From assembly GCA_004764695.1 (NCBI GenBank), contig SMSO01000014.1, positions 4,722,845 to 4,786,844 of the forward strand: DNA of 64,000 bases, read 5' to 3'. This stretch comes from Schizochytrium sp. TIO01 (lineage: Eukaryota > Protista > Bigyra: Labyrinthulomycetes). Under the pieces are notes generated by a model, which made no database searches, was not told where the DNA came from, and saw nothing but the letters and a program-made list of their open reading frames with translations. This document shows, in pieces, positions 63,554 through 64,000 of this stretch; the stretch's first letter is position 1, and each line of letters begins with the position of its first letter. The translations under genes and the position numbers were made by a program.

Positions 63554-64000
63554 ATGTCTGACGCCGCCCCCGCCACTGACGACAAGCCAAAGCCGGTAAG
63601 TTTTTAGAGATATGATCAAGTGGGCCAGCCACAATACCCTTGAGAAGATGCCATGGACGCAGTTGGCATGATGACGATGGTCTCGGAGAAACTAAAGGAG
63701 TGCCGCGAAACCACTTTGGGTTCCGCGTTCCACGATTATGATCGAGTCATGGGGCATGATTGAGACTGCAAAGGCCCTAGAGTATGAATGAGAAGACTAA
63801 TTGTGATAAGTTGCGCTTCGAACGATATTTACTTCTGTTGTTGGTTATTCATGTATATTAATTAGGTTCTCGGCAAGTCTGGCAAGAAGATCTGCTGCTC
63901 CTGCCCTGAGACTCGTAAGGTCCGCGACAACTGCGTTGTCATCAACGGCGAGAGTGAGTGCAAGGAGGCTATTGAGGCCCACAACGCCTGCCTCCGTGCT
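63554..64000 (+). CDS. COX17: COX17 cytochrome c oxidase copper chaperone; exons 63554-63595 and 63866->64000 (3' truncated)
   Basis: Spliced product is MSDAAPATDDKPKP|VLGKSGKKICCSCPETRKVRDNCVVINGESECKEAIEAHNACLRA..., with CCxC and twin CX9C. Intron GTAAGT (63596)...GACTAAT...TTAG (63865). Confidence 0.93.

Overview
Eukaryotic, intron-poor genomic DNA with microsatellite-rich intergenic tracts, GT-AG introns and a GACTAAC-type branch point. The style suggests a stramenopile protist, probably a thraustochytrid/labyrinthulomycete (inference). About 13 protein-coding genes are supported: a PH + ubiquitin-like + coiled-coil protein (split by a 1-nt frameshift), a coiled-coil protein, a spliced ARL6-like GTPase with N-terminal hydrophobic helices, cofilin/ADF (intron right after the ATG), DNAJB12/14-like, NADPH-dependent FMN reductase, a giant LRR protein, BORCS8-like, a kinesin-13-like motor, PP2C, LIS1, mitochondrial threonine dehydrogenase and COX17 (spliced, missed by the ORF track, truncated by the window end). 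The standout is 25450-29593, an ~1380-aa protein with a SAM-like segment, roughly 35-40 LRR-type repeats, an apparently intact NEL (IpaH/SspH-type 'novel E3 ligase') domain with catalytic C-x-D, and a U-box-like tail. NEL ligases are known as secreted bacterial effectors, yet this copy sits among ordinary eukaryotic genes and has a predicted spliceosomal 5'UTR intron. All family assignments come from motif recognition by eye; no searches were run.
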